From NCBI GenBank assembly GCA_048885865.1, contig JBHLLF010000003.1, forward strand, positions 96,001-160,000: DNA of 64,000 nt, in the 5' to 3' direction. The notes below the pieces were generated by a model that was not told the DNA's origin, did not search any database, and saw nothing but the letters and a program-made list of their open reading frames with translations. The position numbers were made by a program, and so were the translations under genes. The DNA is from Candidatus Hermodarchaeota archaeon (GTDB lineage: Archaea; Asgardarchaeota; Thorarchaeia; Thorarchaeales; Thorarchaeaceae). How positions within the stretch are numbered: the stretch's first letter is position 1; each line of letters starts with the position of its first letter. Of the stretch, positions 38,580-47,951 are shown piece after piece.

Positions 38580-38621
38580 TATCTACACCTAAAGCAATGC
38601 GGTGTCGATGGAGGCCGGGTT
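38570..38621 (+). promoter_or_regulatory. Eukaryote-type SECIS element
   Basis: Helix I AATCCG/CGGGTT; core ATGA(38576-79)...GA(38611-12); helix II TATC-T-ACACC / GGTGT-C-GATG; AAA 11 nt after ATGA; apical GC-AAT-GC mini-stem. Confidence 0.8.
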
Positions 38622-38642
38622 GCAGCCCGCGGCAAGCAGTGG

Positions 38643-38692
38643 AAAAAAAGAGAATGAGAGGGGATTACTCTCGAAAGTGATCCCGCCTCTCA
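38643..38692 (-). terminator. Stem-loop plus T7 tract after the wHTH gene
   Basis: Minus strand TGAGAGG-CG-GGATCAC-TTTCGAGA-GTAATCC-CCTCTCA followed by TTCTCTTTTTTT. Confidence 0.6.
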
Positions 38693-39082
38693 CTTGTAAT
38701 ACTGTTCTTCGAGGAAGTTAGCCAACATTACAGCAGTTGCTGTAAGCTTTGCCAGCTGTCCTCTGTTTTCCATATCACCGCCAGATAGCAAACCCAAGTC
38801 CATTAAGGATCGCAGATTCCATTTCACAGTGCTATAGGCAACTGAAGTCCTGCGAGATACCTGGTCTGCTAATGCCGTCACTGTCAGATCATTATGCCTT
38901 AACAGCTGGGCACTCACTCTCAGAACGTATTTCTGAGTCTCACTCATTCTCATATCTGCTAGAGACAAGAATGACGCAGCGAGGCTCTCAAAAGAAGGCT
39001 TGGCGAAAGGTTCGTGACTCTCTTGGAATACCTGGTTGGCACTAGAGAATACATTCACCTCTTTGGCGAATTTGGCACTCAC
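38690..39082 (-). CDS. Winged helix-turn-helix protein
   Basis: LTVTALADQVSRRTSVAYSTVKWNLRSLMDLGLL...AKLT; start uncertain. Confidence 0.7.
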   Translation of the reverse strand: MSAKFAKEVNVFSSANQVFQESHEPFAKPSFESLAASFLSLADMRMSETQKYVLRVSAQLLRHNDLTVTALADQVSRRTSVAYSTVKWNLRSLMDLGLLSGGDMENRGQLAKLTATAVMLANFLEEQYYK

Positions 39083-39232
39083 CTCTAGCCTGTACGACCC
39101 GACATCGATGGGCGGCGGTTGCTGTTTCTACACCCATTTCGCTTTTCACCTCTTTTTGGGGGTCAAAATCAGCCTCAAGTCAATTGCACTTAAGCATTTG
39201 CAGTAACGCGATTTTGAGTAATGAAGTGAAGT

Positions 39233-39733
39233 TCACGACATTTCATCAGGTATCTCGAGTCCAAGTGAACCCAATTTGGCAAATCCTTGACTATACAGAC
39301 TCATATGATGACGAATGTCCTCCTCAATCTCAGCAAGAGAGGTCAAATAGGGGACAACCTCCTCCAGTCCACTTGTTTTGTATTCATCCATCATGGTGTG
39401 AATAACATCGCTCATACGAAGCATTGCCCCTTGAATCACATCACTCAGGTCAATCATTGATTGAACAATCTCACGAGCATCAGGATCGGGCATATAGGGC
39501 ATGAAGTCTTCTAATGCCACAGCCGTTTCTTTCGCCTTATCAACTCGGCCAGGAATAATCTCGTCATACATCGAATTCATCCAACCAAGACGTTCTTCCG
39601 ATGTAAGTCCCCTCAGGTTCTCAAGCGAAAAATACCCTGTCCAAGGACCGAATTCAGAACTCTCGTAATAGATCCAATTATCGAAAGCACCTAGAACTCT
39701 ATGCCAACCTTCTGCCGTTTCAGACATGTTCAT
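39233..39733 (-). CDS. Hypothetical helical protein
   Basis: 166-aa ORF with protein-like composition; no motif recognised. Confidence 0.7.
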   Translation of the reverse strand: MNMSETAEGWHRVLGAFDNWIYYESSEFGPWTGYFSLENLRGLTSEERLGWMNSMYDEIIPGRVDKAKETAVALEDFMPYMPDPDAREIVQSMIDLSDVIQGAMLRMSDVIHTMMDEYKTSGLEEVVPYLTSLAEIEEDIRHHMSLYSQGFAKLGSLGLEIPDEMS

Positions 39734-39790
39734 CCCGAAAGTCTGTCATCAATGGAGGTTATAAACTAGCGCGAGCTACCAGGATATATC

Positions 39791-40462
39791 ATGAGGGAGA
39801 TGCTTCTCGGAGATATATTGAGGATTCTGAAGGAGTCCAAGGAAGACAATTGCATCAAAGACGCCGAGAACACTCTTGACGACGTTCTAAAGGCAATTAG
39901 AGCTCGAAGATTGGACTCCGGTGCTTGGGAAATCGAGAGATCACTTCGTATTGATTTGGCACTTCGGGCGGTTTCCATTGGAGCGGAAGTTGAGGATGTA
40001 GTCGACCTATTAACATGGAAGGACTTTGAGGGATTCGTCGCAAGCATATTGGTGGAGAACAACTTTCGGTGTGTTGAGAGTTTCAGGAAACGTGGCACAG
40101 CTGAAACTCTGGGAATGGAAATTGATGTGATTGGCGTTCGGGGTAATAGCATAGTTTCTATTGATGCAAAGATGTGGGGCATCAGGACTGGAAAGTCATC
40201 AGCATTGAAAACCGCAGCAGAAAAACAGAAGGAGAGAACGAAAAGACTCTGTGGGGTGATTTCACGTTTGGCGAAAGGACTGAATGGGCTGACCACAGGA
40301 CAATACATATTGAAACCAGTTTTGGTGACTTGGATGGTGGAAGAGGTCGTCTTCCATGATGGCGTTCCTATTGTCCCAGTGTTCTTGCTGAATTCGTTTT
40401 TGCAGGACATATCCATCTATGAGGACATGATAGCGACGTCATCCTGTGTTTATGAGGGGTAG
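39791..40462 (+). CDS. PD-(D/E)XK restriction-endonuclease-like protein (Mrr-cat-like)
   Basis: LTWKDFEGFVASIL, EIDVIG, IDAKMW. Confidence 0.72.
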   Translation: MREMLLGDILRILKESKEDNCIKDAENTLDDVLKAIRARRLDSGAWEIERSLRIDLALRAVSIGAEVEDVVDLLTWKDFEGFVASILVENNFRCVESFRKRGTAETLGMEIDVIGVRGNSIVSIDAKMWGIRTGKSSALKTAAEKQKERTKRLCGVISRLAKGLNGLTTGQYILKPVLVTWMVEEVVFHDGVPIVPVFLLNSFLQDISIYEDMIATSSCVYEG

Positions 40463-40637
40463 GAGAATTATACATTCCAGCAATGATGTCTATTCGATGA
40501 AGACACGCGATCTTTGGTCAAGGGTGCAACAGTAAACGCAGCATTTAGTCTGTCAAGAGCACTCGCATCATAGGGGTCTGACCAATTGATTCCTAAACGA
40601 TTGAGGTATATTTCTGTGGGGATGGTTCATCTTTAAA

Positions 40638-41576
40638 TTGAAAAACGCGTCAAGCCAGACGACCTCCCCGGAAGGATTGATGATTTTGGCTCAATTCGGG
40701 ATTGTATATCACGAGAACGTGAATAATTGGGCTACTGCAAGCCTAATGGAAGCCATCAAAGCTAAGGGACATATTCCTAAGCCATTCCGACTCCCAGATG
40801 TGGCTGCAGAACTGCCTCATAAGTTCACACATCTGGAGAATGAAGATATGTCCAACTTGGACGGTGTGATGGTTAGAACTGTTGGCTTTGGTAACGGTGA
40901 CCAAATCACTTTCAGAATCAGCCTGTTAGAACACTTTGAGGATGCAGGAATCTATGTAATGAATCCAGCTTACTCATTCAGAAGAGCCAAGGACAAGTAT
41001 GCCACATTAACTGCACTTCACAAGGCTGGCATCAAAGTGCCAAGAACCTTCATTGGAGAGAATTTGGAAGCCGCAATTGATTTTGCTGATGAGGTCGGTG
41101 ATGTAGTAATCAAGCCACTAATTGGAGCAAGAGGCTTGGGTTCAATCCGAGCTCAGAACAGGGAACTGAACTATCGAGCGATGAAGTTCATACATCAGCT
41201 AGGGCAGGTCCTATATGTTCAGGAAATGATACCCAAACCGAATCGCGATATACGAGCTTTTGTAATAGGTAGCCAATTGGTTGGAGCAATGTACAGATAT
41301 CTTCCTGAGGACAAAGGCGATGAATGGAGGACCAATGTTCACGGGGGTGGGCACGCAGAGATGGCGAAGCTAGATGCAGAATACAAAGAGTGTGCGATAA
41401 GGACTGCAGAAACTTTGAAGCTCGACTACACTGGCGTAGATATACTGGAGTCTCCTGATGGCCCATGCGTCATTGAAGCAAACGCAGCGCCATCATGGAG
41501 TGCATTGTCTCGAGTAACTGGAAAAGACATTGCAGGCCTTATAGTTGACAGGTTGATTAAGCAGACTCGTGTATAG
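40638..41576 (+). CDS. RimK-family ATP-grasp ligase (RimK/LysX/CofF/MptN group)
   Basis: DKY, VIKPLIGARG, YVQEMI, DIRAFV, WRTNVHGG, GVDI, EANAAP; start may be 40680. Confidence 0.88.
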   Translation: MKNASSQTTSPEGLMILAQFGIVYHENVNNWATASLMEAIKAKGHIPKPFRLPDVAAELPHKFTHLENEDMSNLDGVMVRTVGFGNGDQITFRISLLEHFEDAGIYVMNPAYSFRRAKDKYATLTALHKAGIKVPRTFIGENLEAAIDFADEVGDVVIKPLIGARGLGSIRAQNRELNYRAMKFIHQLGQVLYVQEMIPKPNRDIRAFVIGSQLVGAMYRYLPEDKGDEWRTNVHGGGHAEMAKLDAEYKECAIRTAETLKLDYTGVDILESPDGPCVIEANAAPSWSALSRVTGKDIAGLIVDRLIKQTRV

Positions 41577-41590
41577 ATTGTAGGAATTAC

Positions 41591-42343
41591 TCAATCCTCT
41601 GCGCTGATTGAGCTAAGAGCCGCTTCAACTTCCTCCAATGATAGAGGCTTGAAGATTCGTTCCTCAGTATCGATCTTTCCAATCTCTACTCTTCGAGGTC
41701 GCTCTGCAGGTTCAAGACTTGCAATTTCGCCACTTTTTAGAAGTCCTCTGAGGGCTAGGTCAGTTGCTTCGGGAAGAGAGAGTTCTTCCTTGTCTTTGAG
41801 GCTCTCTTTGAAGAAATCACGAACATCATCTGCCTCTCTGCCAATAGCTGCAGCCTTCCAACCCCAGAAGGAACCAGAGGGATCTGTAGTGTATAGCTGA
41901 GGACCATCATGGTCAACACCGCCGACTAGGAGCGACACTCCGAATGGGCGGACTCCTCCGTACTGTGTATGCAATTGCTTAGTGTCACAAATGTTGACTA
42001 CAAGTGATTGAATAGAGATAGGTTCATCATAGCTCAGACGGTTAACCTGGGCTTGCACTCGCGCCTGGTCGATTAGCTTTCTAGCATCAGCATGCAAACC
42101 AGCGATTGCAGTCCCGACGTGGTCATCAATGAGCAGGATTTTCTTAAGGGTATCAAGATCGACCAAAGTGTGGGGAGAGCGTTTCTCTCCAGCCAAGACT
42201 ACGCCATCAGTAGCCTTGACTCCAACAGCAAGAGGCCCATGACGAACAGCCTCAGTTGCATACTCGACTTGATATAATCGGCCTTCAGGGCTAAATACCG
42301 TAATCGCGCGGTCATAGCCCATACTCTGTGTGGGACCAAACAT
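41591..42343 (-). CDS. psmA: Proteasome subunit alpha
   Basis: YDRAITVFSPEGRLYQVEYA signature, RPFGVSLL, TDPSG. Confidence 0.97.
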   Translation of the reverse strand: MFGPTQSMGYDRAITVFSPEGRLYQVEYATEAVRHGPLAVGVKATDGVVLAGEKRSPHTLVDLDTLKKILLIDDHVGTAIAGLHADARKLIDQARVQAQVNRLSYDEPISIQSLVVNICDTKQLHTQYGGVRPFGVSLLVGGVDHDGPQLYTTDPSGSFWGWKAAAIGREADDVRDFFKESLKDKEELSLPEATDLALRGLLKSGEIASLEPAERPRRVEIGKIDTEERIFKPLSLEEVEAALSSISAED

Positions 42344-42460
42344 GCTATGATAAACACTCCACTATTGTAAGACCCAAAACCGAAGGGGTCAAACTAATCT
42401 CACTTGAGAGGCGTTTAAAAACTCTCCTGTGTGTTTGTTCTTGAAAACCTTGGTTGAGAA

Positions 42461-43153
42461 CTATCGCCACTCGAGTCGCACGTCGATACTATCAGACATG
42501 TCGCGCGTTGCTGGCTCGAGCTCGGAAATATCTGGAACTTGCAGATAGGCTTTTTCTGATTGCCTAACCCCTGAGGATGCCACATAGTTCTGGACAACAT
42601 ATTCGCCGCTGAATCCCAAATCGTCAAGCTCGTGAACGATCGCTTTGATGTCAGCAGGTGAGAGTAAACTTCCTGTGAAGGTTGTACGAGGCCAGAATTC
42701 CACATCAGAAGATATCAAGAGCTTCATCGAGTCCACAACCTTCGACCAAGGATCTGCTGTAGTTCTACTGATGCGCGTATAGATGGCAGGAGGAGCTTTT
42801 ATGTCAAACCAGACGGAGTCCAGGAAGGGAAGGCATTTCTCGAGGATGGATGGGACTGAGCCCTGCGTATTCAGATTCACATGCAGTCCTGTGGATTTCA
42901 AAGCTTTGAGCACTTCGGGCAAGTCTTGATGGATTGTGGGTTCGCCCCCCGTTACACAAAACCCATCCACAAGGTTTCCAGTGGTTTTCTGGACTATCTC
43001 TTCAACGGACATCTCAATTCCGGAGTCATGAGGTATTATTTCGGCGTTCTGACAGTAGGGACAATCGAAATTGCAGCCACCAGTGAATATGACTGTCACA
43101 GGAATTCCTGGGACATCTACCAAGCTGATGTCAATTATAGATGCAATTCGCAT
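42461..43153 (-). CDS. nrdG: Radical SAM activating enzyme (anaerobic ribonucleotide reductase activase-like)
   Basis: GCNFDCPYCQN, VTGGEPT, FDIKAP. Confidence 0.8.
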   Translation of the reverse strand: MRIASIIDISLVDVPGIPVTVIFTGGCNFDCPYCQNAEIIPHDSGIEMSVEEIVQKTTGNLVDGFCVTGGEPTIHQDLPEVLKALKSTGLHVNLNTQGSVPSILEKCLPFLDSVWFDIKAPPAIYTRISRTTADPWSKVVDSMKLLISSDVEFWPRTTFTGSLLSPADIKAIVHELDDLGFSGEYVVQNYVASSGVRQSEKAYLQVPDISELEPATRDMSDSIDVRLEWR

Positions 43154-43351
43154 AAGTAATGTCCAGCCTCAACAGTGGAGTACGTATGATGGATATAACT
43201 TCCCCTGTAGACCTGTGAATATTCACGAGAGAATACATGCTCTTTTCTAGTGAGACTATTCGAATAAGAATACAATAGCTCGAAATCTCGAAGGACGTTA
43301 CTATAACCTTTAAGAGGAACTAATAGGTCATCATAAGCGGGGACGTGTGCA

Positions 43352-43621
43352 ATGGCGAGTCGGAGTATCAACAGAAACGCAATAATTCAGAGTACTCTCT
43401 TTCACATTCAACTGAAACAGTGTCAGTATATCGATGACTTTCCTGAGGCTGTGGCAGATGTCTTTGAGAATAATGTCCATCGAGGCAGACTAAAGAAGTA
43501 TCAGGATCTGAAGAGAAAGCTGTACCGCATTAAGACAAGTTTCTTTGATGTAAATAGGAACATTGGGAAGAAGGAATTCTTCGAATCTCTCTATGACCGA
43601 ATTAAGCGTCGAATTAGTTGA
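43352..43621 (+). CDS. Small hypothetical protein
   Basis: 89-aa basic ORF filling the intergenic space. Confidence 0.5.
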   Translation: MASRSINRNAIIQSTLFHIQLKQCQYIDDFPEAVADVFENNVHRGRLKKYQDLKRKLYRIKTSFFDVNRNIGKKEFFESLYDRIKRRIS

Positions 43622-43638
43622 AATCGGATATTGCTGAA

Positions 43639-45429
43639 CTAGATTTCTAGTTCATGCAAGGAGATAATGAATTTTGCACCATGACTCGGCTTTCCCTGCA
43701 CACGATCTTGTACTTCGATTGCCCCGCCATATTTGCGAACCATCTGAGCCACAAGAGTCAGACCAACACCGCCAGAATGTTTTCGCTTGTCGAAGATTGT
43801 CTTCTTTCGGGCACTGCTTATGCCAGGACCGTCATCAGAGATTGATAGTTTGTACATCCCGTTTTCCCTACTTCCACCAACCCAGATTCGGGGCTTCTCT
43901 TTCGGATTATGTCTCGCGGCATTCTCAAGAAGGTTCCATATTAACTCTCCAAGCAATGTATCTGCTTTGACAAATATAGGAGCCTCGATATCTTCAAGGA
44001 AAACCGTTGCACCATGGACTCGTGCCAGTGTGTTAATCTTCTCATCCAATATGCTTGTAAGCTCAATCTTCGTTGTGGGAAGTCTTCTATACTCACCTGC
44101 GCGCTTCACTTTTGTGATGAGCCTGTTACAGCGTTCTACAGCATCTAGGATGTCGTTTTGAGCGTCAACAAGATATGACCTTGGTAGGTCAACATCCAGG
44201 AGGCCTGATGCTGTGATGATCACCTGAAGCTGGTTCGCAACATCGTGAGTAAGCAAATCCAGATAGAATTGAATTGTATCCTCTGCCTCCCTTTGTGCAG
44301 TTATCTCTGTGATTACAGCAAAGGTTCCATCGAAGATATCATCGTCTCCAAATAATGGCGTAGCTGAGATGATGGTCGGAACCGTTTCTCCATCTTTGCT
44401 TACCCATTCAAGTTCATAGCGAGCTCCTTTCCCAGATCGCCGCTCAGCAATCATGGTTTCTACCCAACCCGGATCTCGATCTTTGACGAATTGAACCCAC
44501 TCCTGACCCAGTAGTTCCTTCTGCGTTCTGCCCAGCATTTCGCAGAATGCTTCGTTGGCATAGACCAGTCTGCCCTTTTCATCATCAATAGCCAATCCGT
44601 CATTCATCGTTTCAACAAGAACTCGATAACGCTCCTCGGTTTCCGCGAGAGCTTCCTGTTCCCTACGTCTATCAGTGATATCGAGGATGTGTACGAGGGT
44701 TTTTGTGGACCCATCGGAAGCCCTAGCCAACGAGACTCTGATGTCAACCATCAGGGGCAATCGATTCTTGGAGAGGATTTGAACTGGATAGGTTTCTGGA
44801 ACCTCCTTGCCATCTCTTCGTTCAGTGTATCTATCACTCATAAGAGTGGCTACTTCTTTTGTCAGAAATCCCCTAAAATCATGCCCAATAAGATCCTCTT
44901 TCGATCCGCCAAAAAGTGCGGCCAGCTGTTCATTGACATATTCAACCTTGAAATCATCGCCGACTAATGCAATGCCTTCATGTGTGTTATCAATCATTGA
45001 TCTAAGGATTTCTTCATTGAAAGGGAAACTTGGAGAGAGAGAACCTGTTATGCTGACATCGCTTGCATAGACTCGTAGTCTCCGAGCTATTCCCTTGCCA
45101 ATTGTCTGAAGTCGAAGCTCAGCATCAATTGTGGTTCCATCTAGTCTTTGAAGTGACATTGTCTGCACAATGAGCCGATTGCTCTTCTTTAACTCCTTAA
45201 TTGCATCTTTGAAGCGGTCCTTGTAAGCAGACGGAATCAATGACTTGATTGAAAAACCCTTGAGATTTTTCCTGTCATCGACCCGAAGAAGACGCTGAGC
45301 ATATTCATTCATGTAAACAAGTTTTAGGTCCATCTTCGATTCCAACACTGCAAACGGAAATTCTTCTGCGATTTCTCTGAACTCTCGTAAGCCAGGAGAG
45401 CCAGATGGTTTTCTCGCACCTTTGCTCAT
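43639..45429 (-). CDS. Cytoplasmic multi-PAS sensor histidine kinase
   Basis: Three PAS repeats; LLTHDVANQL (H box), NLLENAARH (N), DDGPGI (G1), GGVGL (G2). Confidence 0.9.
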   Translation of the reverse strand: MSKGARKPSGSPGLREFREIAEEFPFAVLESKMDLKLVYMNEYAQRLLRVDDRKNLKGFSIKSLIPSAYKDRFKDAIKELKKSNRLIVQTMSLQRLDGTTIDAELRLQTIGKGIARRLRVYASDVSITGSLSPSFPFNEEILRSMIDNTHEGIALVGDDFKVEYVNEQLAALFGGSKEDLIGHDFRGFLTKEVATLMSDRYTERRDGKEVPETYPVQILSKNRLPLMVDIRVSLARASDGSTKTLVHILDITDRRREQEALAETEERYRVLVETMNDGLAIDDEKGRLVYANEAFCEMLGRTQKELLGQEWVQFVKDRDPGWVETMIAERRSGKGARYELEWVSKDGETVPTIISATPLFGDDDIFDGTFAVITEITAQREAEDTIQFYLDLLTHDVANQLQVIITASGLLDVDLPRSYLVDAQNDILDAVERCNRLITKVKRAGEYRRLPTTKIELTSILDEKINTLARVHGATVFLEDIEAPIFVKADTLLGELIWNLLENAARHNPKEKPRIWVGGSRENGMYKLSISDDGPGISSARKKTIFDKRKHSGGVGLTLVAQMVRKYGGAIEVQDRVQGKPSHGAKFIISLHELEI

Positions 45430-45564
45430 TGGAACCTAGTCTCCAGTCATATGGACGCGTTTATCCCTATTTGGGAAGTAAATTAAATGACATTGTATTA
45501 TAAGAGATATTCAGCTGTAGCGATGAATCATTTGGGGCAAGAATGTGTTGATTTTTGACGCCTA

Positions 45565-46899
45565 TCAGGGGCGTCTTTGCTTGCCGTACCCAATGATATC
45601 ATCGAATTTTAGAATAAGTCGATTCAGCCATGGGAAATAACGGACAACCCATAGCACAGCACGATGAAGTAGTCCATCTCGCTTATTATAGGGACAGGAT
45701 CTTATGCAATTGGAGCAATCACTCCCATTCTCAATCCAGAAGCCATAGCAGGTTTCTGGGTTCACAAACCACTTCTTGACACCCGGATTGTTAGATTTGG
45801 TGGCGCCAGACCAACCCCGATCTTTACCAACAGGAATTGACTTTGAAGGGCAATGATGGGCGCATTTCTCGCATACGTCGCAGAAACGAATTACAGCGTC
45901 ACAGAAACCATAATCTGGAGAATCGCTTAGTAAGGGCATATCTGTGAGAACCTTAGCAATTCTGACCCTCGGGCCAAACTCCTTTGTGATTAGCAGACCA
46001 TGCCGTCCATACTGGCCCAGTCCTGCGTCAATAGCAAGAGGGACGCTGAGAGCTATGTCATTCCCGCAGGGAATTGCACCATATCCAAGTCTCCTAATGA
46101 AGGCCGTTAGCTCAATCTCAGCAAAGGCCATCATCGAATAGCCAACTGCAGTACTTGTAGCACTGGCAAATGCAGGTGACTTCGAGATGCCTTCATAGTC
46201 CATTTCAATGGCCATCACAATTGCATGACTGAAACGTTCAGGAACATGATAAGGCTCTCCACGCCGATTAACACTGTACAACCATCTTCTGTCCAAAGCA
46301 GCGATGCCAACAAGAGAAGCTCCGTAAATTCTTGCAGCTCTCTTGATTTCATCAGTGAGTTTCTTCGCGCCCCATTCAGCACGCTTTTCTAAATTGGAAT
46401 CAGTTTGAGCATCTCCCAGAAGAGGGCCTACTACAGCAGCTCTATTGTCATACAATCTCCAACCAGCTTCTGCTCTTTCATATTCAAATCGGTCATACCC
46501 TGGTATGTTTCGAGAAACCATGGCTTCCCCACCGTAAAAGGCATGCTTACCATAGTGTTCGAAATCAGGATCATTGAAGACTCGAGCGAATATCATATCG
46601 CTCTCAGGAAACTGCTCAAGATCGTCAGCTGTCTGATATGGCCGAGTGTAATCCTTCCTGTGAGATGCTTCTTTCTGAGCCTTCAATTTTCCAGTCATTA
46701 CGATTCTAGTGCTAGAAATGGCTCCAAAGGGGCAGGCTCTAACACAACCTAGGCAGTCTGTGCAATCTCTAACAATTCTGGGATAGGCAGCGCCCTCTTC
46801 GAAAATAAGAGATGGATCCTCACTATGAAAACGATTACAAGCCGCTATGCATTCCCTATTGCACTCATTTGATTTGCATAGCTGTTGGTCGATGTACAT
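45565..46899 (-). CDS. rdhA: Reductive dehalogenase-family (RdhA-like) cobalamin/Fe-S protein with N-terminal ferredoxin, no TAT signal
   Basis: GASLVGIA, AIDAGLGQYGRHGLLIT..FGPRVR, FCDVCEKCAHHCP, CSNCIRSCP; N-terminal CxxxxCxxxCxxxC and CxxCxxCxxxCP. Confidence 0.85.
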   Translation of the reverse strand: MYIDQQLCKSNECNRECIAACNRFHSEDPSLIFEEGAAYPRIVRDCTDCLGCVRACPFGAISSTRIVMTGKLKAQKEASHRKDYTRPYQTADDLEQFPESDMIFARVFNDPDFEHYGKHAFYGGEAMVSRNIPGYDRFEYERAEAGWRLYDNRAAVVGPLLGDAQTDSNLEKRAEWGAKKLTDEIKRAARIYGASLVGIAALDRRWLYSVNRRGEPYHVPERFSHAIVMAIEMDYEGISKSPAFASATSTAVGYSMMAFAEIELTAFIRRLGYGAIPCGNDIALSVPLAIDAGLGQYGRHGLLITKEFGPRVRIAKVLTDMPLLSDSPDYGFCDAVIRFCDVCEKCAHHCPSKSIPVGKDRGWSGATKSNNPGVKKWFVNPETCYGFWIENGSDCSNCIRSCPYNKRDGLLHRAVLWVVRYFPWLNRLILKFDDIIGYGKQRRP

Positions 46900-47037
46900 C
46901 GCTTCACATTCCCAGACTCACCGGGTATCATTACAGCATCATTAAACACTTACTATGAGTACTACTTCTCAACCAAAGATTCATGGGTAGGTTGGATTAC
47001 AGAGAGGAGTAATGCAGTGAAATTGGAGACCTGTAAT

Positions 47038-47943
47038 GTGTACAGCTATAGTGTTGAACAGAAAACATTGGAAATAGGATCTGTAAAGATAGGCGGGAAT
47101 CCGGGCCTAATCCCAACAGTGATGGTAGGCTCTATTTTCTACTCCAAAGATAGACTCGTTAAGAACGCTGAGAGTGGAGAGATCGACAAGGTAGGCACCG
47201 AAACGATGTTGAGCCAACTTGCCGACATATCGGAGAGAACTGGACTTCCAAGTGTCCTTGATGTGGTCGCATCCTCTCCTCAAGCAATGGGATATTATCT
47301 CCGATATCTAGCAGATGCGACTAACATGCCTCTGTTAATCGATGGTTCAGGCTCAGCTGAAGTCAATATCGCCGGTCTCGAAACTGCAAAGGACGCAGGC
47401 TTACTTGATAGAGTTGCTCTCAACTCTCTCACGCCGGATGATGATGAGGCAATCTATTCTAAAATGGAAGAGGTCGGTCTCGGAAATGCTATCATCCTGA
47501 CATTCTCCAACGTAGCAATGACTTCTGCCACGAAAAGAGCAGAGCTCGCTGTTGAGCTATATGGCAAGGCGAATGGGGCAGGAATTGACAACATAATGTT
47601 TGACACAGGAGTAGTTGATCTTCCAACCCTTGGACTCGCTTGTAGAGCACTCATGATGATAAAGGACAAGTTTGGTCTTCCAGTTGGATGCGGAGCGCAC
47701 AATGCTGTGGCAATGTGGAATGGTCTTGTGCCGAAATTTGGAAAAGACGCAAAAACTCCTGCGTTTGTTGGATCAAATCTCATGCCTGTAGCTTTAGGGG
47801 CTGATTTCGTTCTTTATGGACCAATCAAGCATGCCCCAGTAGTATTCCCATCAGTTGCCATGATTGATGTGGCTTTATCTGGGAGTTTGATAGAAGAACG
47901 TATCAGACCAGAACGTCCGCACCCGAGATACCTGGTAGGATAG
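47038..47943 (+). CDS. mtrH: MtrH-family corrinoid:pterin methyltransferase
   Basis: KIGGNPG...PTVMVGSIFY, LLIDG, ALNS, GCGAHN, GADFVLYGPI; start moved to GTG 47038. Confidence 0.85.
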   Translation: MYSYSVEQKTLEIGSVKIGGNPGLIPTVMVGSIFYSKDRLVKNAESGEIDKVGTETMLSQLADISERTGLPSVLDVVASSPQAMGYYLRYLADATNMPLLIDGSGSAEVNIAGLETAKDAGLLDRVALNSLTPDDDEAIYSKMEEVGLGNAIILTFSNVAMTSATKRAELAVELYGKANGAGIDNIMFDTGVVDLPTLGLACRALMMIKDKFGLPVGCGAHNAVAMWNGLVPKFGKDAKTPAFVGSNLMPVALGADFVLYGPIKHAPVVFPSVAMIDVALSGSLIEERIRPERPHPRYLVG

Positions 47944-47951
47944 GAATTCTT

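Noticed and set aside
38577-38657. Read-through of the terminal TGA as a second Sec, adding about 25 aa
   Set aside because: The extension runs through the SECIS itself and has no Cys/redox context at the UGA; a UGA inside the SECIS is unlikely to be recoded.
38655-38692. GAAA-containing hairpin as a methanogen-type SECIS
   Set aside because: It is better explained as the minus-strand terminator (starts at the wHTH stop and is followed by T7); the upstream hairpin fits a SECIS consensus far better.
39766-40416. 216-aa minus-strand ORF
   Set aside because: Almost entirely antisense to the PD-(D/E)XK gene, which carries recognisable motifs.
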